DNA of 63,961 nucleotides, counting the filler, from Stramenopiles sp. TOSAG23-3 (taxonomy: Eukaryota), in assembly GCA_900128585.1 (NCBI GenBank). It is 13 parts of 13 records of this genome, joined end to end, with 100 filler letters (N's around TTAATTAATTAA, not from the genome) between each part and the next. Parts side by side here need not be neighbours in the genome. Positions count along the whole stretch, not along the records: positions 29,115 to 36,274 come from LT643194.1; positions 36,375 to 43,529 come from LT643195.1; 11 more parts are not named here. One strand, written 5' to 3'. Below the pieces are notes generated by a model, which worked only from the letters and a program-made list of their open reading frames with translations, had not been told where the DNA came from and made no database searches. A program made the position numbers and the translations under genes. Of this stretch, positions 29,117 through 38,837 are shown one piece after another. Positions within the stretch are counted from its first letter, which is position 1, and every line of letters begins with the position of its first letter.

Positions 29117-31303
29117 GGAATTTATCATGTTCCAAGCTTGGGTCGAACAGGAGTGTACCACGCGGATGGTTGCCCCATGCTCTGCCACGAACGGGATAAC
29201 CCAATGGCACTAAAAGAGGTTGGGAAATCAGTCGGGGAAGGACGTGGCCACGGGGTCGTCTTTAGGCCAAATAGTTATACTGTTGGCACTCGCTTTCAAG
29301 CTATTGGAATGGTGTATTGGCACGTGTTTATTTTGCTATCGGCTTTAGTGATGCTGTCATTATTTATTGGCGCGGTCACGATGAGCATGACTGAAAGTAT
29401 GGACGAGATGAAAAAGGAAGCCGACCGTTCAAAGCGAATCAAAGAGATGCTAAAAAACATGGAGAAGAAAAAAGCTCGCGAAATGAGGAAGAAGAAAAAG
29501 GCCGCCGAGAGAGCAGAGAAGAGGGAAAGTGCCGGGTTAGCACGGAGACTCACGTCGAGGAGCCTTAAATATGAGGAGGAAGAAATCGAAAATGAGCTTT
29601 TCGAAGAAACGGAGAGTTTAAAAAGCAAAAGGACAAACAATTTGTTTAAGCTAGCATGGGACAAGCACTCGATGGAAAAATTAATCGATTGGAAAGAAGA
29701 AGAGTCCAAAAAGCTCTTTCCCAAGTGTCCCGGCATGTGCCACAAGTATTACCTCGTATCGAAGCGGGCGAAGGTTATCGCAGAGCATCCCCATTTCGTT
29801 AATTTCATAACTCTTGTCATTGTAATAGCCGGTATCATGGTCGGCATACAGATGACTACAAACGAACAGAACATCAACGAAGCAACATGCAATCCAGACT
29901 TACCAGGATGCAGCGGGTACGCCCCCGTAACGAATTTTTCTGATAACATTTTGGTGATCAATAGTCAAGACCCCAATTCCACACTTGATTGCGTAAAAAG
30001 ATGGGAAGTCAGTCTGGACTGTCCATTGTCATGCATGGAGAAAAGCACAGGGCTGCACGTCATGGAAATATTGGACTTGCTTATTTTGATAATATTTAGC
30101 TTTGAGGTTGTGGTGAAGATTGTCGCAAAATTTGACGAGCCGTTACGTTACTTTTACGAAAACAGACACTTTGATAGATGGAACTGTTTCGATTTCTTCA
30201 TTGTCGTGGGATCACTTGTTCCAAGCGAACAAGGAGGAATGCTCGTAATTTTGCGATTGTTACGCCTTCTCCGGGTATTAAAATTACTGAAGGCCTTCCC
30301 TGAACTGCAAGTCATTGTAGAGGCTCTGATTCAAGGGCTAGGTTCCATCACTTACATTGCAATGATCCTCGTTTTAGTCTTTTTTGCATTCGGTGTGTTT
30401 GCTATGATCTGTTTCCAGGAAAATGACCCATGGCACTTTGGAACCCTCCCAAACGCAATGTATTCCTTATTCAGAGCGTCGACCCTGGAAGACTGGACGG
30501 ACATAATGTACACGAACATGATTGGTTGCGCAAACTATGGGGCCTTCGTTATGTGTGAAGATGTTGGTCATGGTAATTGTGCCGCCAGGATGGATGACCC
30601 TAAAGATTTAACCGTCTTCCACGAACTTTACTGTTGTTGTAGAGAAAAATCTTTCATGTCTACTGACAACTGGTGGATCTGGTCTGGCTTTATTTTCTTT
30701 TTCATATTTTGTGTGATAGGAGCTCTGGTTTTGATGACGCTGTTTATCGGTGTCATTACCACTGCTATGGAAGAAGCGCAAAGTGTACAAAAGAAAAATA
30801 AGGACAGGGAAGCCCAAGTAGCCGAGGCGGTGAAAGCCACCAATTTGGATGTGAAAACCATAGAGAAGTACAAGTCAATTTTTAAAATAATCGACGAAGA
30901 TGATAGTGGCAGTATTGACGAAGAAGAGTTGAGAGAAGCCTTGCACAAAGTGAATTTAGACGGGAACCTAGACGCGGTTTATATTCTTATCGGAAACGAA
31001 GAGAGAAAAGATATAGATTTCGTGAGCTTTTTAATCATGATGAAATTATTGAAAGAACAAGCACTAGCCCAGGAAAAGGGGGAAGACATTACTGTTCCGA
31101 AACTTAAAGAAGATGGGGAGGAAGCAGAGAAAACTGAAGAAGACCCAGCATCTCCAGTTGTACCGGACGTTGCACCGCACGCGTCTGAATCAACGGGCAC
31201 AAAAGAAATAGAATTGGCACCCGTCGAATGGGGAGAAGGAGACAGCAACGTCAAAAGAGACAGCAACGCCAAAAGTGACGAAGAGAACGAAGAAGGCAAA
31301 TAA
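29117..31303 (+). CDS. Voltage-gated cation channel with at least two 6-TM repeats, TLEDW selectivity filter and C-terminal EF-hand; 5'-partial
   Basis: S6 of a preceding repeat (FILLSALVMLSLFIGAVT), then S1-S6 with RWNCFDFFIV, S4 LRLLRLLRVLKLLK, pore FRASTLEDWTDIMY, S6 LMTLFIGVIT, EF loop DEDDSGSIDEEE. Confidence 0.9.
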   Translation, partial: GIYHVPSLGRTGVYHADGCPMLCHERDNPMALKEVGKSVGEGRGHGVVFRPNSYTVGTRFQAIGMVYWHVFILLSALVMLSLFIGAVTMSMTESMDEMKKEADRSKRIKEMLKNMEKKKAREMRKKKKAAERAEKRESAGLARRLTSRSLKYEEEEIENELFEETESLKSKRTNNLFKLAWDKHSMEKLIDWKEEESKKLFPKCPGMCHKYYLVSKRAKVIAEHPHFVNFITLVIVIAGIMVGIQMTTNEQNINEATCNPDLPGCSGYAPVTNFSDNILVINSQDPNSTLDCVKRWEVSLDCPLSCMEKSTGLHVMEILDLLILIIFSFEVVVKIVAKFDEPLRYFYENRHFDRWNCFDFFIVVGSLVPSEQGGMLVILRLLRLLRVLKLLKAFPELQVIVEALIQGLGSITYIAMILVLVFFAFGVFAMICFQENDPWHFGTLPNAMYSLFRASTLEDWTDIMYTNMIGCANYGAFVMCEDVGHGNCAARMDDPKDLTVFHELYCCCREKSFMSTDNWWIWSGFIFFFIFCVIGALVLMTLFIGVITTAMEEAQSVQKKNKDREAQVAEAVKATNLDVKTIEKYKSIFKIIDEDDSGSIDEEELREALHKVNLDGNLDAVYILIGNEERKDIDFVSFLIMMKLLKEQALAQEKGEDITVPKLKEDGEEAEKTEEDPASPVVPDVAPHASESTGTKEIELAPVEWGEGDSNVKRDSNAKSDEENEEGK

Positions 31304-31418
31304 GACATTCATAAAAATACGCGAGGGCAGAAGGTACTCGTAAACGACATGTACGTACACGTTTAAATTTTTGTGACACACGTAAAGTTAATTCTAAAAT
31401 TTAAAAAACTTCGAATTA

Positions 31419-32030
31419 TTTACAAGAGAGACATCGAGCACCCTTAAAACATTCACGCCACTGCTAGGAAAACCACACGAGGACTGATTCATTTATGAGT
31501 GAACATCGGATGTGAGGAAGTTGACTAAGGATCTTTTGCCATCGACGCAAATTCGCTTACCGATTTGGATCATGCAGGGAGTAACATAGATCTGAGCATG
31601 ATAGTCAAGGCTAAGTGACAGGGTAATTCAGTTCGCAGTTCGCAGTACATTAATTTTAATTTTACTTAACATAAATAAAAACAAGAAAATTGGCTGTTAC
31701 CGTATTTAATAAGTAATTAAATTTACGTAGCTTCCTCATACCCTAATCCTAACTTGATCATGTAATTTTGTTTCGTTGTTGGTTGTCAATCACCGAGGGA
31801 ATGATATAATTTCCAATGAACAATAACTTAAAAATACAAGAAAATTGGCTGTTAACTTAAAAATAACAGCCAATTTTCTTGTTTTGATTAGTAAAACCAC
31901 AAAGAGTAGAGATAAGTTTTCGCATTACATGAAGGAAACCTTTTAATAATGGACAAAAGGAGCAGATTCATTTTCGCGGTACAGGAAGACGATAAATTTT
32001 AATTACTTATATAACAGCCAATTTTTTGCA
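31419..32030 (+). mobile_element. Dispersed repeat family, long copy with a nested/inverted insertion
   Basis: 31419-31625 aligns with 49341-49541 and 31888-32028 with 49549-49690. The insert holds the end motif in both orientations (31678, 31836, 31864). Confidence 0.85.
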
Positions 32031-32324
32031 TTGATATAGCTGTTTTTCTTTTTCGCGTTTCGCAATAATTAAAAAAGCTTTTAATGATTGTGTTTCTAAA
32101 TAACCGTACACTGTGTCTTAAAAATAGAATTCTTAAAGAATTTTTTTCGTTAAAATTTCTGTTTCGTACAAGAAAGACTTACTCATAATTTACGAGCGGC
32201 AACCATGGAGACGACGACCAAACAAGGAAAATTTTGCCTCCAAAACAGTTTTTGAACAAAAGACGAGGTGGTACTTGTTTTTCTCTTCCTTCATTTCTTT
32301 GAAAATACCAGATTTTCCACCACT

Positions 32325-32969
32325 TTACAAGTATGGGTTGTCCTCGTCATGAGAAAATATCGGGTGGCCAAGCCGGCGAGACTGCAATTCACCATGCTGG
32401 ATGTTTTTCTTTAAGTTTCCACTAAATCTGTCGCTATCGTTTCCCCTCTTTTTACTCTTGTCCCACCCACCACCTAGCCCAATCATTTCACTTTTCTTTA
32501 GCCTAACTCGCGTGCTATTACTTTCATTCCGGATCATATTCATGTTAATGTCAAACTTGTTACATTTCGCTTTGGATGTATACATGATTGGGTGATTCCA
32601 TTTTCGTTGAGCCAGGCTGGCATTGTTTGAAATCCTTCCGCCAGAAATTGGACGGTTCTCCTGCAACAACGAAATAATCTTTGGAAGGACTTTAGACAGG
32701 ATCGCATCAACATCACTTTTTGTTACTGGGCGTAGATATATATGCGCCAGAGATGTCATTTTTGGAGAGAATATTCGAAGTTGAGAAATGAAAAAACACA
32801 AGGCTGCAGCGCCCATATCATTTTTAATTCTAGAGCTGCGAGAGATTGCAGAAATAAAATCCTCTAATTCAACCTGGCCGCACCTTTCGTTGTCAATCGC
32901 AGATATCACACTCGAAAGAGAAAGCAATTGGTCACTCATTACTATTTTGAGCAGAACCACTGGGCCCAA
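32325..32969 (-). CDS. Hypothetical protein (possibly a terminal exon)
   Basis: 214 open codons. The minus strand has ...cttaactaataacag immediately before the first codon, resembling a branch point and acceptor; an in-frame ATG at 32939 is an alternative start. Confidence 0.5.
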   Translation of the reverse strand: MGPVVLLKIVMSDQLLSLSSVISAIDNERCGQVELEDFISAISRSSRIKNDMGAAALCFFISQLRIFSPKMTSLAHIYLRPVTKSDVDAILSKVLPKIISLLQENRPISGGRISNNASLAQRKWNHPIMYTSKAKCNKFDINMNMIRNESNSTRVRLKKSEMIGLGGGWDKSKKRGNDSDRFSGNLKKNIQHGELQSRRLGHPIFSHDEDNPYL

Positions 32970-33550
32970 CTGTTATTAGTTAAGATTTATAGCGACCGAA
33001 GTGTAAACCTCAATCAATGAACAAAAGGATTCCGTGATTTACTTTTTTAATGTTGTTTTCAAGACGCAATGCCTACATTAATTTATAAATTTAGTAAAAT
33101 ATTATTCATCACATCTCTCAGAAGAAAAACGACCGTTACGTTGTTTTTTTATTTTATTTTTTATATCTCACCAGCAGCGAGCGACAAATAAACAACAGCA
33201 CAACATGCATGCACACACACACATACAAAATCAAAAAAAATACTTCTACTACAAAAGGCGAGGAGGAAACAAATTCACTCACAATTCACCACCTGGGAAA
33301 TACAGACCGGAAAAAGCCAAATTAGACCTGGTTCCTGGTTCCTGGACTTCCCTTCCCGGTTACATATTTTAGAGTTACAATTAAGGCATACAGATCGAAA
33401 TAATAATACAATAATAATAATAACATCATCATTATTAATTTATATTATTTTATTATTTTTTTTATAATATTTTATTATTATTTTTTATTATATTAAAAAG
33501 AAATAGTAGACGACTATTTGATATTTAAAAAAAAAAATGTGAATTTGTTT

Positions 33551-35893
33551 TTACACTTTAATTAATTCACGCACGGACAATGGCCACTGCTTAGGATCTC
33601 CTTCTGCATTGTCAATATCATAAACCAGCATTTCATCTAAAATTTGTCCAGCACGGGAATCCCACCCCGATTCTTTCTGATTGTCTTCAGTAGTACTGTC
33701 GAAGGCTTTAGTCTTCATCAGTGCAAATTTCGCGAAGGATGCTATGTCTGGAAAAAAGACGGCAGTGTTATCAGTTGTGATACGCATGATGCCCTTCGCA
33801 GTAAGTTTTGCCTCAATACCTAAGTATGAAATTCGGGCAACTTTACGGCCAGCTTTCAAAAATAGGGTCCGCAGTGCATTTGGATCACTGAGGGTTGCGC
33901 TTTCATTTTCACCATTTACTGATTGTTGTGAAACTTGTTCCCATATTGTGTCCCAATCGTCATCATTGTGTCCATGCTTTGTATGTTCATCCATCAACTG
34001 TGCGAACGTATCGTGCTGAGTTACTGTTGGCGTGGAGAGTGAATCCCAATCGGTGAAACTGATACCACGGCCAGATTCATCGGGATTCTGTACGTCTGCG
34101 TCAACGAAATCAGCAAATGGGTCAACAAAATCGGTAGATGAAGGTTTTTCTGTTTCTTCAGCCTTTGACGCACGAAATGTTGGTTCTGTATTTGACACTT
34201 TCTCTAGGCTCATTTCATTTCGGTCTGTAAGGATATTTTCTGTAGTTTTTTCGCTCACTGGGTGGTGTACAGTCGGAAGCTCTGATTTACGTATGTTAGG
34301 GCTCAAACTTGGGTGCGTCAAAGAAGGGGATTTGCTTTCGTCCCACACATCGCTGTATCCACCGAAAACAACTGGGGTATTGATTTTAGGAGTAGTGTCA
34401 TGGTCTCTGTTACCCTGTTCAGGATATTGTGGTGGATTACCCATGGACTTTTGAGCTGGGGCATTAACGCCAAACTGTGTTGACGCAGCGACCTGGGCGA
34501 GGTGATGTTCTTTTCGCTCTAGTAAACTTTCTTGTTCATCCGGATCGACCATGGACTTTTGAGCCGTGGCATTAACGTCACACTGTGTTGACGCAGCGAC
34601 CTGGGTGAGGTGACGTTCTTTTCGCGCTAATAAACTTTCTAGTTCATCTCTCTCACGCTTTAAACCTGCCACTATGTCGTTAACTCGCAATTGCTCTTTA
34701 TTTACAGCATCAGAAACATCAGATTTTAATTTTTGCCGCTCGTGTTCTACGATACCTTTGAACCTCTCCTTTTCTTCTAATATTCTTCTTTCCATCTCAG
34801 AATGGAACGATTCTTGCTGCACCTGCAGCTGGTGCTCCAATGCCAATGCATGTGCACGCTCAGCGTCATGCTCCTGGCGTAGTTGATTTATTATGTTGTT
34901 TGCACGATCCTGTTCTATTTTTCTCATGTGATCCAGAATTTCTCCCTGTGCAGTTTTTTCCTGAGCTTCCGCGATCACGAGTGCTTCCTCTGATTGTCGG
35001 CGGATGGTCTCGACCATTTGAGTTGCTATCTTTCTTTCGGTTGCCACCGCTTCAATGAGCAATTTTTTATTTTGTTCTTTATGTTCCTCGTCTAGCCGAT
35101 GCAGTGTGACGGCGTAGTTTTCTTTAAGTGTATTTATTTCGGCTTCCGACTGCATGTTCATGTTTTCTATCATTTTACTAGTTTTCTGTCGTTCCTCTCT
35201 CAACGCTGATTCCAGGCGATCTTTCCAGTCGTTTTCTAACCTCTGCTTTGCTTGTCGGGCATCGTGCCGAGCGTTCTGAAGAGAGTCGTGTGCCAATTCC
35301 CTCTCTCTTAAAATCAGGCCATCAATTGTTTTCTCGGTTACATCGCGATGCTGCATTTTAACAAACTCCACTCTTTCGTTTGCTTGATCCTGAATGTCTT
35401 TAATAATCGTGTTTATTTGTTCCCGTTCTTTTGCTATCTTCGCCTCGTATCCTTGCTTCTCTTTCTCGTGAATACTTTTCATACTCTCCAGGAGCCTTTT
35501 TGCGCCGTTTAGCTCGGACGTAACCTCATGCAACGCCGAGTGACAATTTGCGTACTTCTTCTGCAAAATTTCATAATCCGATAACGACTTTGCAAGGGCT
35601 TGTTGCAAAGCATACACGCTGGAGTGGTTTGTCTCTGGGGGCGACTGAAAAGTGTTTGGTGCGGAACGAGTATGCTCGAAGTGAACAATCCTATGTTTGG
35701 GTAACGGAACACGTGTGCTTACAGTTCCCACGCGCATGTATGGGGCCGGGGCACCATGGTTTGGTTGTCCCGGAGAGCGCCGTGGAATACCCCTAGAAGT
35801 TGGAAGAGGCCTGGGTTGATTCAGCATAGAGTCAATATCAAACTTTGGTATCGAGGTCGGTTTGCCCCCACCCTGGCGCGTAGACCAAGCCAT
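33551..35893 (-). CDS. Coiled-coil protein with an internal 36-aa tandem duplication
   Basis: 780-aa ORF with a long E/K/R/Q-rich heptad region. ESLL.RKE.HL.QVAASTQ..VNA.AQKSM is repeated with a 108-nt period (34441 and 34549). Confidence 0.8.
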   Translation of the reverse strand: MAWSTRQGGGKPTSIPKFDIDSMLNQPRPLPTSRGIPRRSPGQPNHGAPAPYMRVGTVSTRVPLPKHRIVHFEHTRSAPNTFQSPPETNHSSVYALQQALAKSLSDYEILQKKYANCHSALHEVTSELNGAKRLLESMKSIHEKEKQGYEAKIAKEREQINTIIKDIQDQANERVEFVKMQHRDVTEKTIDGLILRERELAHDSLQNARHDARQAKQRLENDWKDRLESALREERQKTSKMIENMNMQSEAEINTLKENYAVTLHRLDEEHKEQNKKLLIEAVATERKIATQMVETIRRQSEEALVIAEAQEKTAQGEILDHMRKIEQDRANNIINQLRQEHDAERAHALALEHQLQVQQESFHSEMERRILEEKERFKGIVEHERQKLKSDVSDAVNKEQLRVNDIVAGLKRERDELESLLARKERHLTQVAASTQCDVNATAQKSMVDPDEQESLLERKEHHLAQVAASTQFGVNAPAQKSMGNPPQYPEQGNRDHDTTPKINTPVVFGGYSDVWDESKSPSLTHPSLSPNIRKSELPTVHHPVSEKTTENILTDRNEMSLEKVSNTEPTFRASKAEETEKPSSTDFVDPFADFVDADVQNPDESGRGISFTDWDSLSTPTVTQHDTFAQLMDEHTKHGHNDDDWDTIWEQVSQQSVNGENESATLSDPNALRTLFLKAGRKVARISYLGIEAKLTAKGIMRITTDNTAVFFPDIASFAKFALMKTKAFDSTTEDNQKESGWDSRAGQILDEMLVYDIDNAEGDPKQWPLSVRELIKV

Positions 35894-36374
35894 AGTATTC
35901 TATACGATCCCCAACCGTTACAAACTTGTGACACGGTGAAGTACAAACAGAAGTACAGCAATATTAGCTTAACGGCGTTGTCTAACGAATAGTACACGTT
36001 GAACCGAAATCGTTGCTCTTTTTATCGTGAATTTCAATTCATTCATGGAACTTGTATTGTATCACAAACATCGAACAAAAATATCCTTCTTCTTGAGAAG
36101 ATTTAAATTATTATTATATTTATTAAAAAAAATAATAAATAATATTAATAATAGAGTTAGTAGAAGTCATTTAAATCGGACAGTGGATGGAGGAAAAAAA
36201 AAAAAACTCAAATGTAATTTTTCTTCCTTTTTTTGTTATTTTGCCTGCTATTTACCTTGTGCAACTTTGTGGTTNNNNNNNNNNNNNNNNNNNNNNNNNN
36301 NNNNNNNNNNNNNNNNNNTTAATTAATTAANNNNNNNNNNNNNNNNNNNNNNNNNNNNNNNNNNNNNNNNNNNN

Positions 36375-36453
36375 GTAATTAATTCTTCAGAATAAAAGAA
36401 ACAATCCACCATCCACAAACTATTCTCATTTTTTCTCTTCTTGTGTCTCTTCT
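36375..36453 (+). repeat. Left 79-bp terminal inverted repeat of contig 36375-43529
   Basis: Exact reverse complement of 43451-43529. Confidence 0.95.
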
Positions 36454-36993
36454 TTTTTATTATTTTTTTTTTTAAAATAATAAATAAAAAATAATAAAAA
36501 TCATCTTCTTCGTTAGGGATTGAAGAAATAATCCATAATTAAGGCATATTACTTCTGAATTAATAAGTATTTGTGTTTGCATGGATTAAATATTCATCCA
36601 TTTGAGAATAACTAATTTTTTTTATCACTTTTTTATAATACTATTATTATATTTATAAATATATAATTAAAATCAATTTTAGTTGAAAAATAAAGTATTG
36701 CTTCCCTTGTAAAGACCCACATCATAACTCCTTACATACATAAACCTTAATTTCGTCTCTAACTTCATCCCTTCCATTATTTCATTTTGGTGGTGGTGGG
36801 TGGTGGTGGTGGGAAATTTTATAAACTTTACAATTCTTTATATTGACGGTTTACAACTAAATGTTTGATAATTATTTGTTCTTTTCGTTTTCCTTTACCT
36901 TGTTGTCTTCCCTCAAACCAAGTCCTTTCATTGTATTCATTTTTGTTCGCTGCACCAGTTGACTGGTTTTTTTCTTCTTTCATTTTTGTCACC

Positions 36994-38334
36994 ATGTCGA
37001 AACCCCCGGCAACACTCATTGTTGGCGCAGCCGGCGCGGTCGGGAAGCGGCTGTGCGCTGCCTTGGCTGCGAATGGGCACCGCGTGATAGCCTCCGACCG
37101 AATGGATCAGCTTCCCGGTAGCCTGAACCGTGCGATTGGTGATATAGGCACGTGCGTGGGCGGGATCGATGTGTGCGACGCCAGTGGGCTCCGCGACTTG
37201 TTTCGAGAGTATGCGGATGAGAACACAACGGTGTGGAACTTGGCAGCACCGCTGTCGGTGGAAACCGCGCTGGACCCAGCAGTGGCCGAAGCAGTGACGA
37301 TCGGCGGGATGGGGAACGTCCTTGATGCGATGGCAAACGTCGGGGCGCGCCGCATCTGTTTCACTGACTCGATCGGCTCGTTCGGCGCCGAGGCTCCCCG
37401 CACGGGTGCGACGGCGCGTTGGCTTCACGAAAACCCCAAACAGGACCCAGGGAGCGATTACGGGCGCCAGAAGAGGGGCTGCCGTGAATTGATGGCAAAG
37501 TTCGCCCGGGAGTGCAATGGGGACCCACGGTTTGCCGTGCTGCCGGGCGTGCTCCACAGCAATGCTGTGTGGGGCAACGGTACCACTGAGTACGCCCTGG
37601 ATGCGCTCCTGGCTGCGCCTCACCAGGAGACGACGCTCGGCTTGCCGACCAGCGATGCATACATATGCCCCGTCGACCCCGACGTCCGAATGCCCATGGT
37701 CTACGTCGACGACCTCATGCGTGGGCTGGTCGCGCTCCAGGAGGCGGACGAGGCGGCGCTGACGGAGCCGGAGCAAGGCTACTGCATCCCAGGCCTCTCT
37801 TTTTCTGCGAACGAGCTGTTTGCCGAGATTCGCAAGCATTACCCTGGGTTTGGGTTTCGGGTCGAGCTGGATCCGAACATGAACAAGTTCGCCAACCTCT
37901 GGCCCGACGAGCTCTCGTCCAAGGAGCCCCTGCGAGATCTGGGGTACGAGCCCTTGGTTGGTCTTTCGGAAATGGTTGCAAATGTACTGGCGGCCCACGA
38001 TGTGCGGAACGTGAAGACTGCCGAGGCATTCAAGGCGATTGACGCGGACGGGAATGGCAAGTTCAGCCGGGATGAGATCGAGAGGCACGTGCGCAAGTTT
38101 TTGGTGCGAGGGCGTGAGCAGTACGGCAATACCGGCCAGGACGCCGTCGGGCATTTTGTGGACAAGCTGATGGACGAGCTCGACACGAACAAGGACGGAT
38201 TGGTGTCGTGGGGGACATTTTCAGAATGGAACCGGCGCAACTCTATGGAGGAAGAGCTCTGGAAGCAGGCTGCCAGCATAGAGGACAAATTAAGAAAACA
38301 GATCCGGGACCTCGGGCATGAGCCAGTGGCGTAA
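36994..38334 (+). CDS. TDH: GalE-like (extended SDR) L-threonine 3-dehydrogenase fused to a C-terminal EF-hand pair
   Basis: LIVGAAGAVG, NLAAPLS, DSIGSFG, YGRQK (YxxxK), GNGTTEYA, MPMVYVDD, WPDELS; EF loops DADGNGKFSRDE and DTNKDGLVSWGT. Confidence 0.85.
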   Translation: MSKPPATLIVGAAGAVGKRLCAALAANGHRVIASDRMDQLPGSLNRAIGDIGTCVGGIDVCDASGLRDLFREYADENTTVWNLAAPLSVETALDPAVAEAVTIGGMGNVLDAMANVGARRICFTDSIGSFGAEAPRTGATARWLHENPKQDPGSDYGRQKRGCRELMAKFARECNGDPRFAVLPGVLHSNAVWGNGTTEYALDALLAAPHQETTLGLPTSDAYICPVDPDVRMPMVYVDDLMRGLVALQEADEAALTEPEQGYCIPGLSFSANELFAEIRKHYPGFGFRVELDPNMNKFANLWPDELSSKEPLRDLGYEPLVGLSEMVANVLAAHDVRNVKTAEAFKAIDADGNGKFSRDEIERHVRKFLVRGREQYGNTGQDAVGHFVDKLMDELDTNKDGLVSWGTFSEWNRRNSMEEELWKQAASIEDKLRKQIRDLGHEPVA

Positions 38335-38549
38335 AAATCGTAGTGCTGGTCGCACGCGCGCGCACTCCTGGATTCCGTTTTGTCTCCCTGAATTTATTAA
38401 TTGGGGCCTTAATAAAAAAAAAAATTTGGAAAGACTACCACAAAAAAAGAAAATTTACGTTTCTGTACGTACGTTTCAGGAAGGACAAGGAGTGTTTTTT
38501 AAATTTTTTTAATTTTATATGAAATTTTATTATTGAAAAGAAGATGTTT

Positions 38550-38784
38550 AGACTAAGTGACAACTTAATAAGTTATTTACTAAAATCGCACCAGTAGAGT
38601 TCAGTTCGCAGTACATTGATTTTAATTACCATCTACTGATTCAGCAGTTTATGATGGAATGCAAACCTAGAATGTCTAAATCTAGATTTCAGTTCGCAGT
38701 ACATTAATTTTGATTACTTAAATAACAGCCAATTTTCTTATTAAAAAAATTAGTTAGATAACACAGCCAATTTTCTTGTTTTTT
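38550..38784 (+). mobile_element. Dispersed repeat family, truncated copy flanked by a 12-bp direct repeat (putative TSD)
   Basis: Shares gactaagtgaca, agttcgcagtac and taacagccaattttctt with the other copies. aagaagatgttt lies at 38538-38549 and 38785-38796. Confidence 0.8.
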
Positions 38785-38837
38785 AAGAAGATGTTTTTTC
38801 TGATTGGTTTGACTCGACGACAGAATTAGGTGCTTGC

